The notes below the pieces were generated by a model. It was not told the origin of the DNA, made no database searches, and worked only from the letters and a program-made list of their open reading frames with translations. The position numbers and the translations under genes are program-made. A stretch of 35,333 bases of DNA from the IMG/VR virus record IMGVR_UViG_3300020043_001919, positions 1-35,333 of that record; one strand, given 5' to 3'. Source of the stretch: a virus (lineage: Duplodnaviria > Caudoviricetes). Shown in pieces: positions 17,650-26,462 of the stretch (position 1 is the stretch's first letter; each line of letters opens with the position of its first letter).

Positions 17650-19050
17650 ATGCCAGTTGATTACACAATAGCTTCGCGCAACGCTTTAGCGAACACGCCC
17701 ACTGATTTTACGAACATGCTGGCGCAATACCAGATGATGGGCGCTCGCGCTCAGCAACAAGAATTAGCACAACGCGAGTTAGATCGTCAAAATCAATTAA
17801 TTAGTTTACTAGGCGGCGCGGATATTAACTCGCCTGAAACTATTAATGCGCTTGCAAGAGCGGGATATTTACCTGAATCCATTAGCGTTATGGGCGCGCA
17901 ACGCCAAGCTGAAGCACAACGGGCAGCGGCGGAAGCGCAACGCGCGACGGCGATGTATCATCAAGGTATGCTCGGCATAGCTCAAGCTAAACTTCCTTTT
18001 GAAGAACGCAAACTTACGCAAGAGGCGTTAAAAGAGGAAAGACTTGCGGGTGAAGCGGAGACTAAAGCCGCCAAGACACAATTAGAAAAAGATGCAGAAC
18101 TATTTAAGTCCGCTGAGAACACAGCGGCTAAAATTGTTATGGCTGGCGGTAAAGGATATGAGTCCTTTTATAAAAAATTACCCCCACAACTACAGTCAAT
18201 TTTAGACCCTAATTACAACGAAGAAGCGTTGACAAATTTTACAACGCAAATGTCCACAATTCAGGATCAAATTAAACGCCGCGATGAATATGATTTAAAA
18301 GAAAGAATTAACCCAGCAACAGGGCTTAAAGAAACAATTGCTATCCCTAAGTTCAGACCAGAAAAAGGCGCAACAGTTGTTCCTGGCTCGGCGGGAGCGG
18401 TTCAAGAAAAATATGGGTTTATGCCGGGGCCTGAAGGAACTGGCACAGCTATTCGCACTAATCCATACACGGGAACTGTGGAATCAGTGCCACTTACTAG
18501 CGGCATCCCTGCACCGCGTGTTCAAGCACCGCCAGAAGGTAAACTTACGCCTCGCGTTGATATGACCGCACCTCCTAGCGCTCCTGCTAATGTGCAAGAA
18601 CCAATACCAGGGACGCCTGAGTTTAATAACCGTCGCTTTGGCCGTGAGACATTAACTGCGATAGGATTCAATCCTAAGACAGGCGACGATAATGTATCCA
18701 AACTTATCAATAAATCTACAAGCGGCGGTCTTGAGGCTATGGGTTCTGGCGTTAGCGGATTTTTTGGACGTGGGACGCAAGGAGCTAAAGCTATCGCTGA
18801 ATTAGGCGTCATTGTTAATGACGTCGTTTTAAAAAGACTTAATGATAAGTTAGGCGCGCAAATATCTGACCCAGACCGTGAATTTATAGTGTCCACGTTA
18901 GGCAACGTAACAAATGCGTCGCTTCCAAAAGACGTTAGACTTGCGGCGTGGAAACAAGTTAGACAAAGATTAGAAAGATATGCCGGAGAATCTGGCACTA
19001 GCGCTGCGCCATCTGATAATCGTCCATCTCTTGGTGAGATCTTTAAATAA
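17650..19050 (+). CDS. DNA ejection protein (gp20-like position)
   Basis: Helical Q/A/E-rich, Cys-free; LGAQISD.DREF motif; synteny. Confidence 0.65.
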   Translation: MPVDYTIASRNALANTPTDFTNMLAQYQMMGARAQQQELAQRELDRQNQLISLLGGADINSPETINALARAGYLPESISVMGAQRQAEAQRAAAEAQRATAMYHQGMLGIAQAKLPFEERKLTQEALKEERLAGEAETKAAKTQLEKDAELFKSAENTAAKIVMAGGKGYESFYKKLPPQLQSILDPNYNEEALTNFTTQMSTIQDQIKRRDEYDLKERINPATGLKETIAIPKFRPEKGATVVPGSAGAVQEKYGFMPGPEGTGTAIRTNPYTGTVESVPLTSGIPAPRVQAPPEGKLTPRVDMTAPPSAPANVQEPIPGTPEFNNRRFGRETLTAIGFNPKTGDDNVSKLINKSTSGGLEAMGSGVSGFFGRGTQGAKAIAELGVIVNDVVLKRLNDKLGAQISDPDREFIVSTLGNVTNASLPKDVRLAAWKQVRQRLERYAGESGTSAAPSDNRPSLGEIFK

Positions 19051-20993
19051 TGGCTAACTTCTCTGCTAAGATCCAGACAGCGCGCGATGCCGGATACTCT
19101 GATGAAGAGATCAAACGGTTTCTTATGGCTACGCCTGAAGCGGAAAAAGCTAAAGAAGCTGGTTATACTGACGAAGAAATCGCGGCGCATCTTGGTCTTG
19201 CAACCGGCGAGCCTAGAGAAATTGTTACAACGCCACAAAAGATAGCGGGTTATGTTGGCGAGACGCTTGGTAATATTCCAGCAAGCACGCTTAACTTTGC
19301 ACAAGGCGTTTATGAAACGGCAACAAATCCGCTTCAGACTGCGGAAGCATTAGGGCAGGCTGTTATGAGTCCTGTCCAAACTGCAAAAGCAGTGGGCGGT
19401 TACTTAGGCGAACGCTATGGATCGCCTGCACAAGCATTAGAAACTTTTAAGACCGATCCTGTCGGTGTGTTGTCTGACATCTCTGCGGGCGCAGGTATCG
19501 GCGGGTTAGGCGCGCGTTTAGGTGGAAAAGGTGTTCTGGCTCAGAACGCTATGCGCTTGGCTGAAAGAACCGCGCCGTCAAATGTGTTAGCCGGTATGGT
19601 GCAGGCTCCTTTCAATGTTGCTGCGCCTGGGTATGAATTTGCGCGCAATGTGATGGCCCCTAAATACGCGGCTTATACGGCAGCGGCTGAGGGTAAAGCG
19701 CCAGAGATCATTGCAGCGCTGCGTAGTCCTCAAGCGCAGATTGTCCCTGGCTCTATGCCAACGGCAGCTCAAGCGGCGGTGCCTGTTGGCGCTACTAAAT
19801 TCCAAGCACTTGGTGCTACGGCCAGAGAAGTTATGCCATCAGAATATGATCTGCGGGCAGAGCAACAAGCCGCCGCGCGTCTCAAGGCATTGCGAACTGT
19901 TGCTGGTTCTGAGCGCACGTTAGAGGCGGCTAAAACAGGGCGCGCTAAAGAGGCATCATATCTATATGGTAAAGCAGATAAAACGCTTGTGCCGGAAGAT
20001 AAGAAACTGACGGAGCTGTTGACGCGGCCTTCGATGGACAAAGCGCTGGCACGCGCTGAAGAGTTGGCCGCAGAGCGCGGTCATACATTCCAGCTTGGAG
20101 AGACTAAGCCTGCTACAACTGTTGAGTCAGCTATTGTTGATGAATATGGGCGTCCAATCAAACGCACGATTCCGGCGACAACAGCCAAATATCCTGTTAG
20201 CAGCCTGCACGCGCTTAAGATGTCGATGGACGATCTTATTCGCAATCCAGAGCGTTTTGGTATCGGCGCATCTGAAGCCGCAGCTATTGGCAATACGCGC
20301 AAGCAACTGATTAGCTGGATCAAACAAAAGTCACCGCTGTATGAGCAAGCGCGAGGTCAGTTCGCCAAGCGTAGTGGCCCGATTAATCAAATGGAGATCG
20401 GCCAATATTTAGAAAGCAAATTGCTGTCGCCTTTAGCCGAAGAAGGCCCGCAACGCGCGGGTGTGTTTGCGACCGCTGTTGAGGCTGCGCCGCGCACAAT
20501 TAAACAAGCTATTGAAGGCGCGCCGCGATTTGAAAAACTTTCGCAAGTCTTGACTCCATCACAAGTTAAGACGGTTAACGATATTCGCGATGATCTAGCG
20601 CGTGCAGCCGAAGCGGATCGTAAGGCGCGTGTCGCCCGTGAAAGTGCGCCTGACGCAAAAGAAGTCACTAAAGGAACTATACCCCGCGCTCCTAATTTGC
20701 TGAGTAAAATTACGACTAGCGTAAATTTATTTATGAACAAAACGCAAGGACATATAGATAGAAAGTTGGCGCTTGAGATCGCCACTGAGATGTTGGATCC
20801 TGAACAAACTGCAAAGGTTCTTGAGGCCGCTGTTGCATACGCAGAAAAAACCAAGAAGACCGCAGCTAAGATAAAAGGCATGGGCGCAGGTGTAAAAGAA
20901 ACTGTGCGGAAACTTGGCCCCGCGATCTCTGGCGCTGTTACAGTTCAGAACGTGATGCGCCGCAGAGACAACCAGAATGCGATGGCGAGATGA
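19050..20993 (+). CDS. DNA ejection protein (gp16-like position)
   Basis: 647 aa, Ala-rich, Cys-free; duplicated A..AGY(S/T)DEEI at the N-terminus; synteny before lysis genes. Confidence 0.65.
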   Translation: MANFSAKIQTARDAGYSDEEIKRFLMATPEAEKAKEAGYTDEEIAAHLGLATGEPREIVTTPQKIAGYVGETLGNIPASTLNFAQGVYETATNPLQTAEALGQAVMSPVQTAKAVGGYLGERYGSPAQALETFKTDPVGVLSDISAGAGIGGLGARLGGKGVLAQNAMRLAERTAPSNVLAGMVQAPFNVAAPGYEFARNVMAPKYAAYTAAAEGKAPEIIAALRSPQAQIVPGSMPTAAQAAVPVGATKFQALGATAREVMPSEYDLRAEQQAAARLKALRTVAGSERTLEAAKTGRAKEASYLYGKADKTLVPEDKKLTELLTRPSMDKALARAEELAAERGHTFQLGETKPATTVESAIVDEYGRPIKRTIPATTAKYPVSSLHALKMSMDDLIRNPERFGIGASEAAAIGNTRKQLISWIKQKSPLYEQARGQFAKRSGPINQMEIGQYLESKLLSPLAEEGPQRAGVFATAVEAAPRTIKQAIEGAPRFEKLSQVLTPSQVKTVNDIRDDLARAAEADRKARVARESAPDAKEVTKGTIPRAPNLLSKITTSVNLFMNKTQGHIDRKLALEIATEMLDPEQTAKVLEAAVAYAEKTKKTAAKIKGMGAGVKETVRKLGPAISGAVTVQNVMRRRDNQNAMAR

Positions 20994-21256
20994 CACCAAT
21001 GGCCGAATATCAAGTGTTTTTTGACGTGGCCGTTGGCGTGATCGGCGTCCTGGGCGGATGGGTATTGAATACCGTCTGGGGCGCTGTCAAAGATTTACAA
21101 GCCGCTGATAAAGAATTAGCGGAAAAAGTTGGCGAGATCGAAGTTCTTGTTGCTGGACGCTATGTCACACGCGATGAGTTTAACACGACACTTAGCCAAG
21201 TGTTCGTCAAGCTCGACACCATCAGAGACATTGTTAGTCAGAAAGCCGACCGATGA
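20990..21256 (+). CDS. Single-TM coiled-coil protein (holin/antiholin candidate)
   Basis: Hydrophobic VFFDVAVGVIGVLGGWVL then coiled coil with YVTRDEF; ATGA-coupled to endolysin; start could be 20999. Confidence 0.65.
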   Translation: MTPMAEYQVFFDVAVGVIGVLGGWVLNTVWGAVKDLQAADKELAEKVGEIEVLVAGRYVTRDEFNTTLSQVFVKLDTIRDIVSQKADR

Positions 21257-21756
21257 AAGAGAACTACGCGCAAGCTCTCAAACAAGTTCTCAAATATGAG
21301 GGCGGCTATGTTGACCACCCAAAAGATCCAGGCGGCCCGACGAATAAGGGCGTTACGCAAGCAGTCTATGATAGCTGGCGAAAGACTCAGAATCTCCCGA
21401 CGCAAAGCGTGCGCGCTATTGCTGATTCGGAAGTTGCAGCGATTTACAAGAACCTCTATTGGGATCGTATTTCTGGAGATCTTTTGCCCTCTGGCGTTGA
21501 TTTTGCTGTGTTCGATTATGCTGTGAACAGCGGAGTCAGCCGCGCAGCTAAGACCTTGCAAGCCGTTGTTGGCGTTACGCAAGACGGCCAGATCGGGCCT
21601 GCAACAATCCAAGCCACAAAAACTTACGTTGCTATGTCCGTCACAAACAAGCGGCTGGCGTTCATGCAGTCCTTGTCGATCTGGTCTACGTTCGGCAAAG
21701 GCTGGTCTGCGCGTATTGCAGACGTTAAAGCGCAGATCATAGCGCTTGTTGGATAG
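21253..21756 (+). CDS. Endolysin, glycoside hydrolase family 108
   Basis: EGGYVDHPKDPGGPTNKGVT catalytic motif; FDYAVNSG; DGQIGPAT; FGKGW..R C-terminal PG-binding region. Confidence 0.93.
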   Translation: MKENYAQALKQVLKYEGGYVDHPKDPGGPTNKGVTQAVYDSWRKTQNLPTQSVRAIADSEVAAIYKNLYWDRISGDLLPSGVDFAVFDYAVNSGVSRAAKTLQAVVGVTQDGQIGPATIQATKTYVAMSVTNKRLAFMQSLSIWSTFGKGWSARIADVKAQIIALVG

Positions 21757-21850
21757 AATCGTATATATCGTCGCCGTTGCTGCGTCGATTTCATACGGTG
21801 CAAAACTAGCATTTATGCTTGGCATTTATTTTAGGAGGACAATGGAATGA
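21746..21850 (+). CDS. Possible 34-aa membrane peptide (not in ORF track)
   Basis: TTG start; MLDRIVYIVAVAASISYGAKLAFMLGIYFRRTME exactly bridges endolysin and holin; no clear RBS. Confidence 0.4.
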   Translation: MLDRIVYIVAVAASISYGAKLAFMLGIYFRRTME

Positions 21851-22008
21851 TTAAGAATTGGAAGACAACTATTCCCGGTATCATCACTTTGATCGGCGTC
21901 CTCTTCAACGCTTGGCAGACCAAGACGCTTGACTGGTCTTCGCTTCAGGCCGCGCTCGTCGCTATCGGCCTTATCGGCGCTAAAGATTTTAACGTCACGG
22001 GCGCATGA
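21847..22008 (+). CDS. Holin candidate, 53 aa, two hydrophobic segments (not in ORF track)
   Basis: AGGAGG RBS at 21833-21838; MIKNWKTTIPGIITLIGVLFNAWQTKTLDWSSLQAALVAIGLIGAKDFNVTGA; ATGA-coupled to i-spanin. Confidence 0.75.
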   Translation: MIKNWKTTIPGIITLIGVLFNAWQTKTLDWSSLQAALVAIGLIGAKDFNVTGA

Positions 22009-22217
22009 CAACTGCTATCTTAATTGGCTTATTTTTAACGGTGCTCTACGGCGGCGTTAAAATGTTAATCGCTGATGCTTATGATCGTGGGCGGCGTGAG
22101 GAAGTCACACGTCGTATGGATCTGCAAGCCAAACTGAAAGCACAACAAACCAATGTCGTTATGGCCCCTAAAACCGTGGACGATACTGCTACTGATCTTG
22201 ACAACGGCACTTTCTAG
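22005..22217 (+). CDS. Inner-membrane spanin (Rz-like)
   Basis: N-terminal TM, then YDRG and helical periplasmic part; overlapped by a lipoprotein ORF. Confidence 0.72.
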   Translation: MTTAILIGLFLTVLYGGVKMLIADAYDRGRREEVTRRMDLQAKLKAQQTNVVMAPKTVDDTATDLDNGTF

Positions 22218-22374
22218 CTGCCAATCAACGAGCGGCGGGTCATGCCCGCCACTCGCTCAATACTCAGTCGCTCAACAGCGCGCCGTTGCCGCTGAACTTC
22301 GGCGGCTCCGTGGAACCGAAACGGCTCAATTTATCATCGATTACGGCAAGCTCCGCGCGGCGTGTCGGCTTTAA
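22153..22374 (+). CDS. Outer-membrane spanin lipoprotein (Rz1-like)
   Basis: Signal peptide with lipobox LSSC, then CPPL; begins in the +1 frame inside the i-spanin gene. Confidence 0.75.
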   Translation: MSLWPLKPWTILLLILTTALSSCQSTSGGSCPPLAQYSVAQQRAVAAELRRLRGTETAQFIIDYGKLRAACRL

Positions 22375-22716
22375 TTCTTCTTTCTTAGCGGGCGTTAGAT
22401 TAGCGCGCTTCTTGTATCCGATGTTAGCGCCGGTAGCGGCCTTCTGGTTCACGTAATCATTAGCGAACATAGCCGCAAACGCTTCATAGTTCATCGCGTC
22501 AAGGCGGCTGTCAATATGCGTCGGATCGCTAAAGGCTCTAGCGTTCTTAACGCAGACCATTATGGTCGCTACCTCAAAGGGATGAATATCGCGGCCCAGA
22601 CGCAGAGATGCCAAATCAGCAACAAGCTGAAAATTATCCTCAATCCCACCGTAGTTCTCACCGCGTTCGCTTATGATTTCGCTTGCCTGTTGTAATAGAT
22701 CGTGCGGATTCATCAA
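22264..22716 (-). CDS. DUF6378-like protein
   Basis: LL..A..II.ERG..YG....NF...A.L......VA.IM..VK.AR.....H.DS..D...Y pattern. Confidence 0.75.
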   Translation of the reverse strand: MMNPHDLLQQASEIISERGENYGGIEDNFQLVADLASLRLGRDIHPFEVATIMVCVKNARAFSDPTHIDSRLDAMNYEAFAAMFANDYVNQKAATGANIGYKKRANLTPAKKEELKPTRRAELAVIDDKLSRFGSTEPPKFSGNGALLSD

Positions 22717-22888
22717 TTTCCCCTAATAGTTCGGCTCGCTCACGCAACATTCGCAACGTCGTGTAACGCTGATGCAAACGTATAATGACCGTAGACCGCC
22801 GAGCGTTCTTGCGCTCGTCACCCAAGAGATCCAATACCTCTTGTTCCGTATAGTCCGTCAGGACTTCGTTCAATTCACGCCAGTTCAT
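22658..22888 (-). CDS. Hypothetical protein
   Basis: MNWRELNEVL...RLHQRY..LR..RER.ELL; coupled behind the helicase. Confidence 0.7.
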   Translation of the reverse strand: MNWRELNEVLTDYTEQEVLDLLGDERKNARRSTVIIRLHQRYTTLRMLRERAELLGEIDESARSITTGKRNHKRTR

Positions 22889-24155
22889 TTAAAGCTAACT
22901 CCGCTAACGAACGCTTGTCATGCAGACTTGCGTAGATGCGCTCGTCAATAGTCTTATTACAGATTAGGACATAACACCACACTTCTTTTGTCTGCCCGCT
23001 GCGGTGCAATCGTCCGATGGTCTGTTCGTAAAGCTCAAGCGACCACGGCAACGATAGAAAGATGATCTTGTTACCGCCGAACTGTAGGTTCAGCCCGTGA
23101 CCTGCGCTCTTTGGATGCAGGGCCAGAAGCTCAAGTTCACCTTTGTTCCACTTGTCAACGACATTCTCATCGTCCATAGTAGAGAGTTGTGGATATTGTC
23201 TTTTTAATTCCGCTAACTCTTCCTTATAATTGTATACAATGATTGTGTTGGCGCGCTGGTTTTCTTCGAGCACTTCTTTTAATAAATCAAACTTATGCGA
23301 AGCTACCCATTCCGCGCCATCAGCGCCGTAAATAAAGCCGCCCGCGAGCTGCTGTAATTTTTGCGTGACAACGGCTGCGGTTGGTGCTGTAATGATCTGT
23401 CCTAGTTCTAGGACAAAATCTTTCTTCATTTTATTATACGGCGCGAGATCCATATCGCAGCGCATCTCGACGACGTTGAGCGGTGGCAGCTTATCTTTGT
23501 ATTCGCCAGCTTCTAGCACATATGTCGCGGGTTTGATCGCGGCCATGACATGCGCGAGCGCTTCTGGCAGCGGTTCCCACTGTTGGTAGTCACGATTAAC
23601 GCAATAGAAATACTGTTGTAAAAACGCGCCTTTGCTGCGGCCTAGCAGCTTTTGGTCAACAACTTTGCACTGACCGAACACGTCCTCTAGGCCGTTCGAT
23701 GTAAACGATCCTGTCAAGCCCCAACGGATATGGAACTTATCAAGGATCTTCAGTAGGTATTTAAACCTTTTACCGCTTGGGTTTTTTAATCGCGTAAGCT
23801 CATCAAAAACCACACCGTCAAAGCCAGTGGGATCAATGCTAGGAATATTGTCATAGTTCGTCACCACAATGTCGGCGTCAGAATCAAAGGCGGCTTTGCG
23901 TTGCGCTGGCGTGCCAACAGCAACAGCTATCTCAAATTCGGGGCACCATTTCTGCCCTTCCTGTCGCCAAACATCAGTGCAAACACGCTTTGGTGCAAGC
24001 ACTAACCAGCGATCTACAAAACCATTCGCTAACATTTCTGTCATTGCGGTTAACGTGATCGCGGTTTTTCCAGCGCCGACGGGCGCAAGAATCAGTGCTC
24101 TATCGCGTGCGAAGAGGAAGTCTGCGGCTTCATGTTGATACGGTCGTAAGTCCAT
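22875..24155 (-). CDS. SNF2-family helicase
   Basis: LRPYQ Q-motif, GAGKT, FDEL, LTGS, SAGHGLNLQ, Q.IGRLHRSGQ. Confidence 0.92.
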   Translation of the reverse strand: MDLRPYQHEAADFLFARDRALILAPVGAGKTAITLTAMTEMLANGFVDRWLVLAPKRVCTDVWRQEGQKWCPEFEIAVAVGTPAQRKAAFDSDADIVVTNYDNIPSIDPTGFDGVVFDELTRLKNPSGKRFKYLLKILDKFHIRWGLTGSFTSNGLEDVFGQCKVVDQKLLGRSKGAFLQQYFYCVNRDYQQWEPLPEALAHVMAAIKPATYVLEAGEYKDKLPPLNVVEMRCDMDLAPYNKMKKDFVLELGQIITAPTAAVVTQKLQQLAGGFIYGADGAEWVASHKFDLLKEVLEENQRANTIIVYNYKEELAELKRQYPQLSTMDDENVVDKWNKGELELLALHPKSAGHGLNLQFGGNKIIFLSLPWSLELYEQTIGRLHRSGQTKEVWCYVLICNKTIDERIYASLHDKRSLAELALNELA

Positions 24156-24415
24156 CTATCTACCTGTTCACGATTCCAGAGGCACGCATAACGCTGATTC
24201 AATTTACGCATATCTTCGGCAAATATTTTTTGTAACGCGGACAGCTTGCCGCCGTCCTTTTTTAATTCTACAAACCACGTCTCGCCGTTTGGCAAACAGA
24301 CAATTCTGTCAGAAACGCCACGATTTGATAGGCTGTTAAATTTAAATGCAAGGCCGTTAAGTGATTGAACGGACTTAACAAAGTAGCGTTCAATGTCTTT
24401 TTCCAAATCAGTCAT
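24092..24415 (-). CDS. VRR-NUC domain nuclease
   Basis: E.DIE...GVSDRIV...FVELK...GKLS.LQ signature; adjacent to SNF2 helicase. Confidence 0.9.
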   Translation of the reverse strand: MTDLEKDIERYFVKSVQSLNGLAFKFNSLSNRGVSDRIVCLPNGETWFVELKKDGGKLSALQKIFAEDMRKLNQRYACLWNREQVDRWTYDRINMKPQTSSSHAIEH

Positions 24416-24479
24416 AAAAAACTTATTGACACATCTGTAATAAATTGTCTAGTATGCAAATCACGAAAGGTAGTCTACA
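24416..24479. promoter_or_regulatory. Overlapping divergent promoters
   Basis: + strand: TTGACA (24426-31)-18-TAGTAT (24450-55). - strand: TAGACA (24451-46)-17-CAATAA with TGn extension, placing +1 at about the VRR-NUC ATG. Confidence 0.65.
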
Positions 24480-25586
24480 ATGCACTCGGATATAGTCGGC
24501 GGTTCCACAGCGAAGCGCGTAATGAACTGCCCTGGCTCAGTAAAGCTGGCGCAATCCGTTCCCCCAAAACCAACATCAAAATATGCAGAGGAAGGATCAC
24601 TGTTACATGACGCGATGGATAAGATCCTCTCTCACAGTGCATCTATTGATGACTTTGGCCTTGGCGATGATCTCATTGAGCGTAAACTACGCCCTGCCCT
24701 TGACGCGCTGAATGAGATTGATCCTGACACACAGATGGAATTTCAGACTGAAGTTTCCGTCTCTTTCGGAGGGTATCTAGCTGGCGTATTCGGATCCTGT
24801 GACCTCATTGGTCGTATTGGCAATCGTGCAATTGTTCTCGATTGGAAGTTTGGTGATGGGGTGGCGGTGGATGCTGTCGAGAACCATCAACTTATGTTTT
24901 ATGCCGCTGCGGCTATGCGGACTGAAGAGGCCCGTTGGGCGTTCGAGGGCGTTACTGAAATAGAGTGCGTCATTGTTCAGCCGCCATACGTCAAGCGTTG
25001 GACTACAACACCCGGACGTATCAAAGCGTTTGAGCGTGAGCTATATGATGCTGTAACGGTAGCGTTGCGGCCTAATGCGCCTGTGGCGCTTGGCGATCAT
25101 TGCAAATGGTGCCCTGCTAAACCTATTTGCCCTGCGATGACGGGCGAGACAGAACGCGCGCTAAAGACTAAACTCAACAGCATTACGCCAGAAGGCTACG
25201 GCAATGCGCTTATTATCGCTGACCGCGTTGAAGAGTGGGCTAAAGAAATACGCAGCATGGCGCAACAAGCGCTTGAGAACGGTATCGCCATCCCAGGATT
25301 TAAACTTGTGCCAAAGCGCGCAACCCGTCAGTGGGTCAACGACGAAGGCGCATTGGAAGCTCTTAGAGAAATGGGACTTGAGCTTGATGAATTAACAGAG
25401 ACGAAGTTAAGATCGCCAGCGCAGTTAGAGAAGGTGTTGAAGAAACACAAACTAGAACTGCCGAAAGATCACGTCGTCGCTGTTTCCACGGGTAACACGA
25501 TTGCGCCGGAGTCAGATCCGCGCCCAGCCGTGTTGCAACTTGGTAAGCACATCCGTGCTGCCACAACTAAACTACAGGTGAAGTAA
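24480..25586 (+). CDS. DUF2800 Cas4-like PD-(D/E)xK exonuclease
   Basis: HS..GGS.A.R...CPGS, A.EG..LH, GSCD, DWKFG, QL.FYA, and C..C.....C Fe-S-type cysteines. Confidence 0.88.
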   Translation: MHSDIVGGSTAKRVMNCPGSVKLAQSVPPKPTSKYAEEGSLLHDAMDKILSHSASIDDFGLGDDLIERKLRPALDALNEIDPDTQMEFQTEVSVSFGGYLAGVFGSCDLIGRIGNRAIVLDWKFGDGVAVDAVENHQLMFYAAAAMRTEEARWAFEGVTEIECVIVQPPYVKRWTTTPGRIKAFERELYDAVTVALRPNAPVALGDHCKWCPAKPICPAMTGETERALKTKLNSITPEGYGNALIIADRVEEWAKEIRSMAQQALENGIAIPGFKLVPKRATRQWVNDEGALEALREMGLELDELTETKLRSPAQLEKVLKKHKLELPKDHVVAVSTGNTIAPESDPRPAVLQLGKHIRAATTKLQVK

Positions 25587-26218
25587 TGTCTAATCTCGTA
25601 AAGTTCGCTGGTAACGCTCCTACAGTCTCTAATCTTGCACAAGTGTTGCGTTCGGTTAAGACCGACACAGCGCCTATTGGCATGGCAATTATCAAGATGG
25701 ACAAAACCGGCCACTGGGTTGTCGGGGCTGACCAGACTGAAATTGAAAAGGGCAGCGTATGGGCTGTTAATCCTTTGTCTTTTGTCCACGGCTTCATCGC
25801 TTGGGGTCAAGGCGAAGTATTAGCAGAGAAGATGTACCCCATAGATGTTAATCTTGATTCGATTGACTTGGGGCCAGCTCCTAGCGGCGCGCAGCGCGGT
25901 TGGGAAAACCAGCTTGGTATGGCTGTTAAATGTGTGCAAGGTTCGGACGAAGGACTTGACGCGCGTTTTTCGACCACATCAGTCGGCGGCAAGCGTGCGT
26001 TAATCGCGCTCATGAACGAAGTCGCAGACCAAGATGATAAAGACCACGCGAATAATGTGGCGTTGGTAGAACTCGGCAGCGAGTATTACGCGCACAAAGT
26101 TTATGGCCGTGTTTACACTCCTGTATTCAAGGTCATTGACTGGGTCAGCTTTGATTATAACGGCGCTGGTGAGGCGAAAGCTGAATCGGCAAGCACGGGC
26201 CGTCGTCGTCGTAGCTGA
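25586..26218 (+). CDS. Putative ssDNA-binding/annealing protein
   Basis: Position between DUF2800 and PolA; aromatic beta-rich core, Y.HK.YGRVYTPVF; RRRR tail. Confidence 0.6.
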   Translation: MSNLVKFAGNAPTVSNLAQVLRSVKTDTAPIGMAIIKMDKTGHWVVGADQTEIEKGSVWAVNPLSFVHGFIAWGQGEVLAEKMYPIDVNLDSIDLGPAPSGAQRGWENQLGMAVKCVQGSDEGLDARFSTTSVGGKRALIALMNEVADQDDKDHANNVALVELGSEYYAHKVYGRVYTPVFKVIDWVSFDYNGAGEAKAESASTGRRRRS

Positions 26219-26223
26219 TATGT

Positions 26224-26263
26224 CGGGGCGGCTTCGCGTGACAACAGGCCGTCCCGCTTTTTT
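26224..26263 (+). terminator. Rho-independent terminator
   Basis: CGGGGCGGC...GCCGTCCCG stem followed by CTTTTTT. Confidence 0.7.
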
Positions 26264-26282
26264 CTAACAGAAAGATAAGAAG

Positions 26283-26462
26283 ATGGCCGAACGTAAAGTT
26301 TGGAACGACGCAACACGTCTAACGCCCAAAGAACAACAGGTCTATGATCTGTTTAAAAAGGGTTTTAAGTGTAAAGACATCGCGGTGATTCTTAGCATAT
26401 CGCCAAGCGCAGCGCGAACAAGATTAGCATTAGCAAAAGATAAAGTGAGGTGCGGCGGATGA
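26283..26462 (+). CDS. LuxR/GerE-type HTH protein, 59 aa (not in ORF track)
   Basis: MAERKVWNDATRLTPKEQQVYDLFKKGFKCKDIAVILSISPSAARTRLALAKDKVRCGG matches LT.rE..v..l...G....eIA..L.iS..t. Confidence 0.85.
   Translation: MAERKVWNDATRLTPKEQQVYDLFKKGFKCKDIAVILSISPSAARTRLALAKDKVRCGG

Noticed and set aside
18522-19304. 260-aa minus-strand ORF
   Set aside because: Antisense shadow across two ejection genes; Ser/Arg/Leu-rich, no RBS or motif
24480-25586. Cas4-like nuclease as evidence of a CRISPR system
   Set aside because: No cas1/cas2 and no repeat-spacer array seen; DUF2800 next to SSB and PolA is a standard phage replication gene
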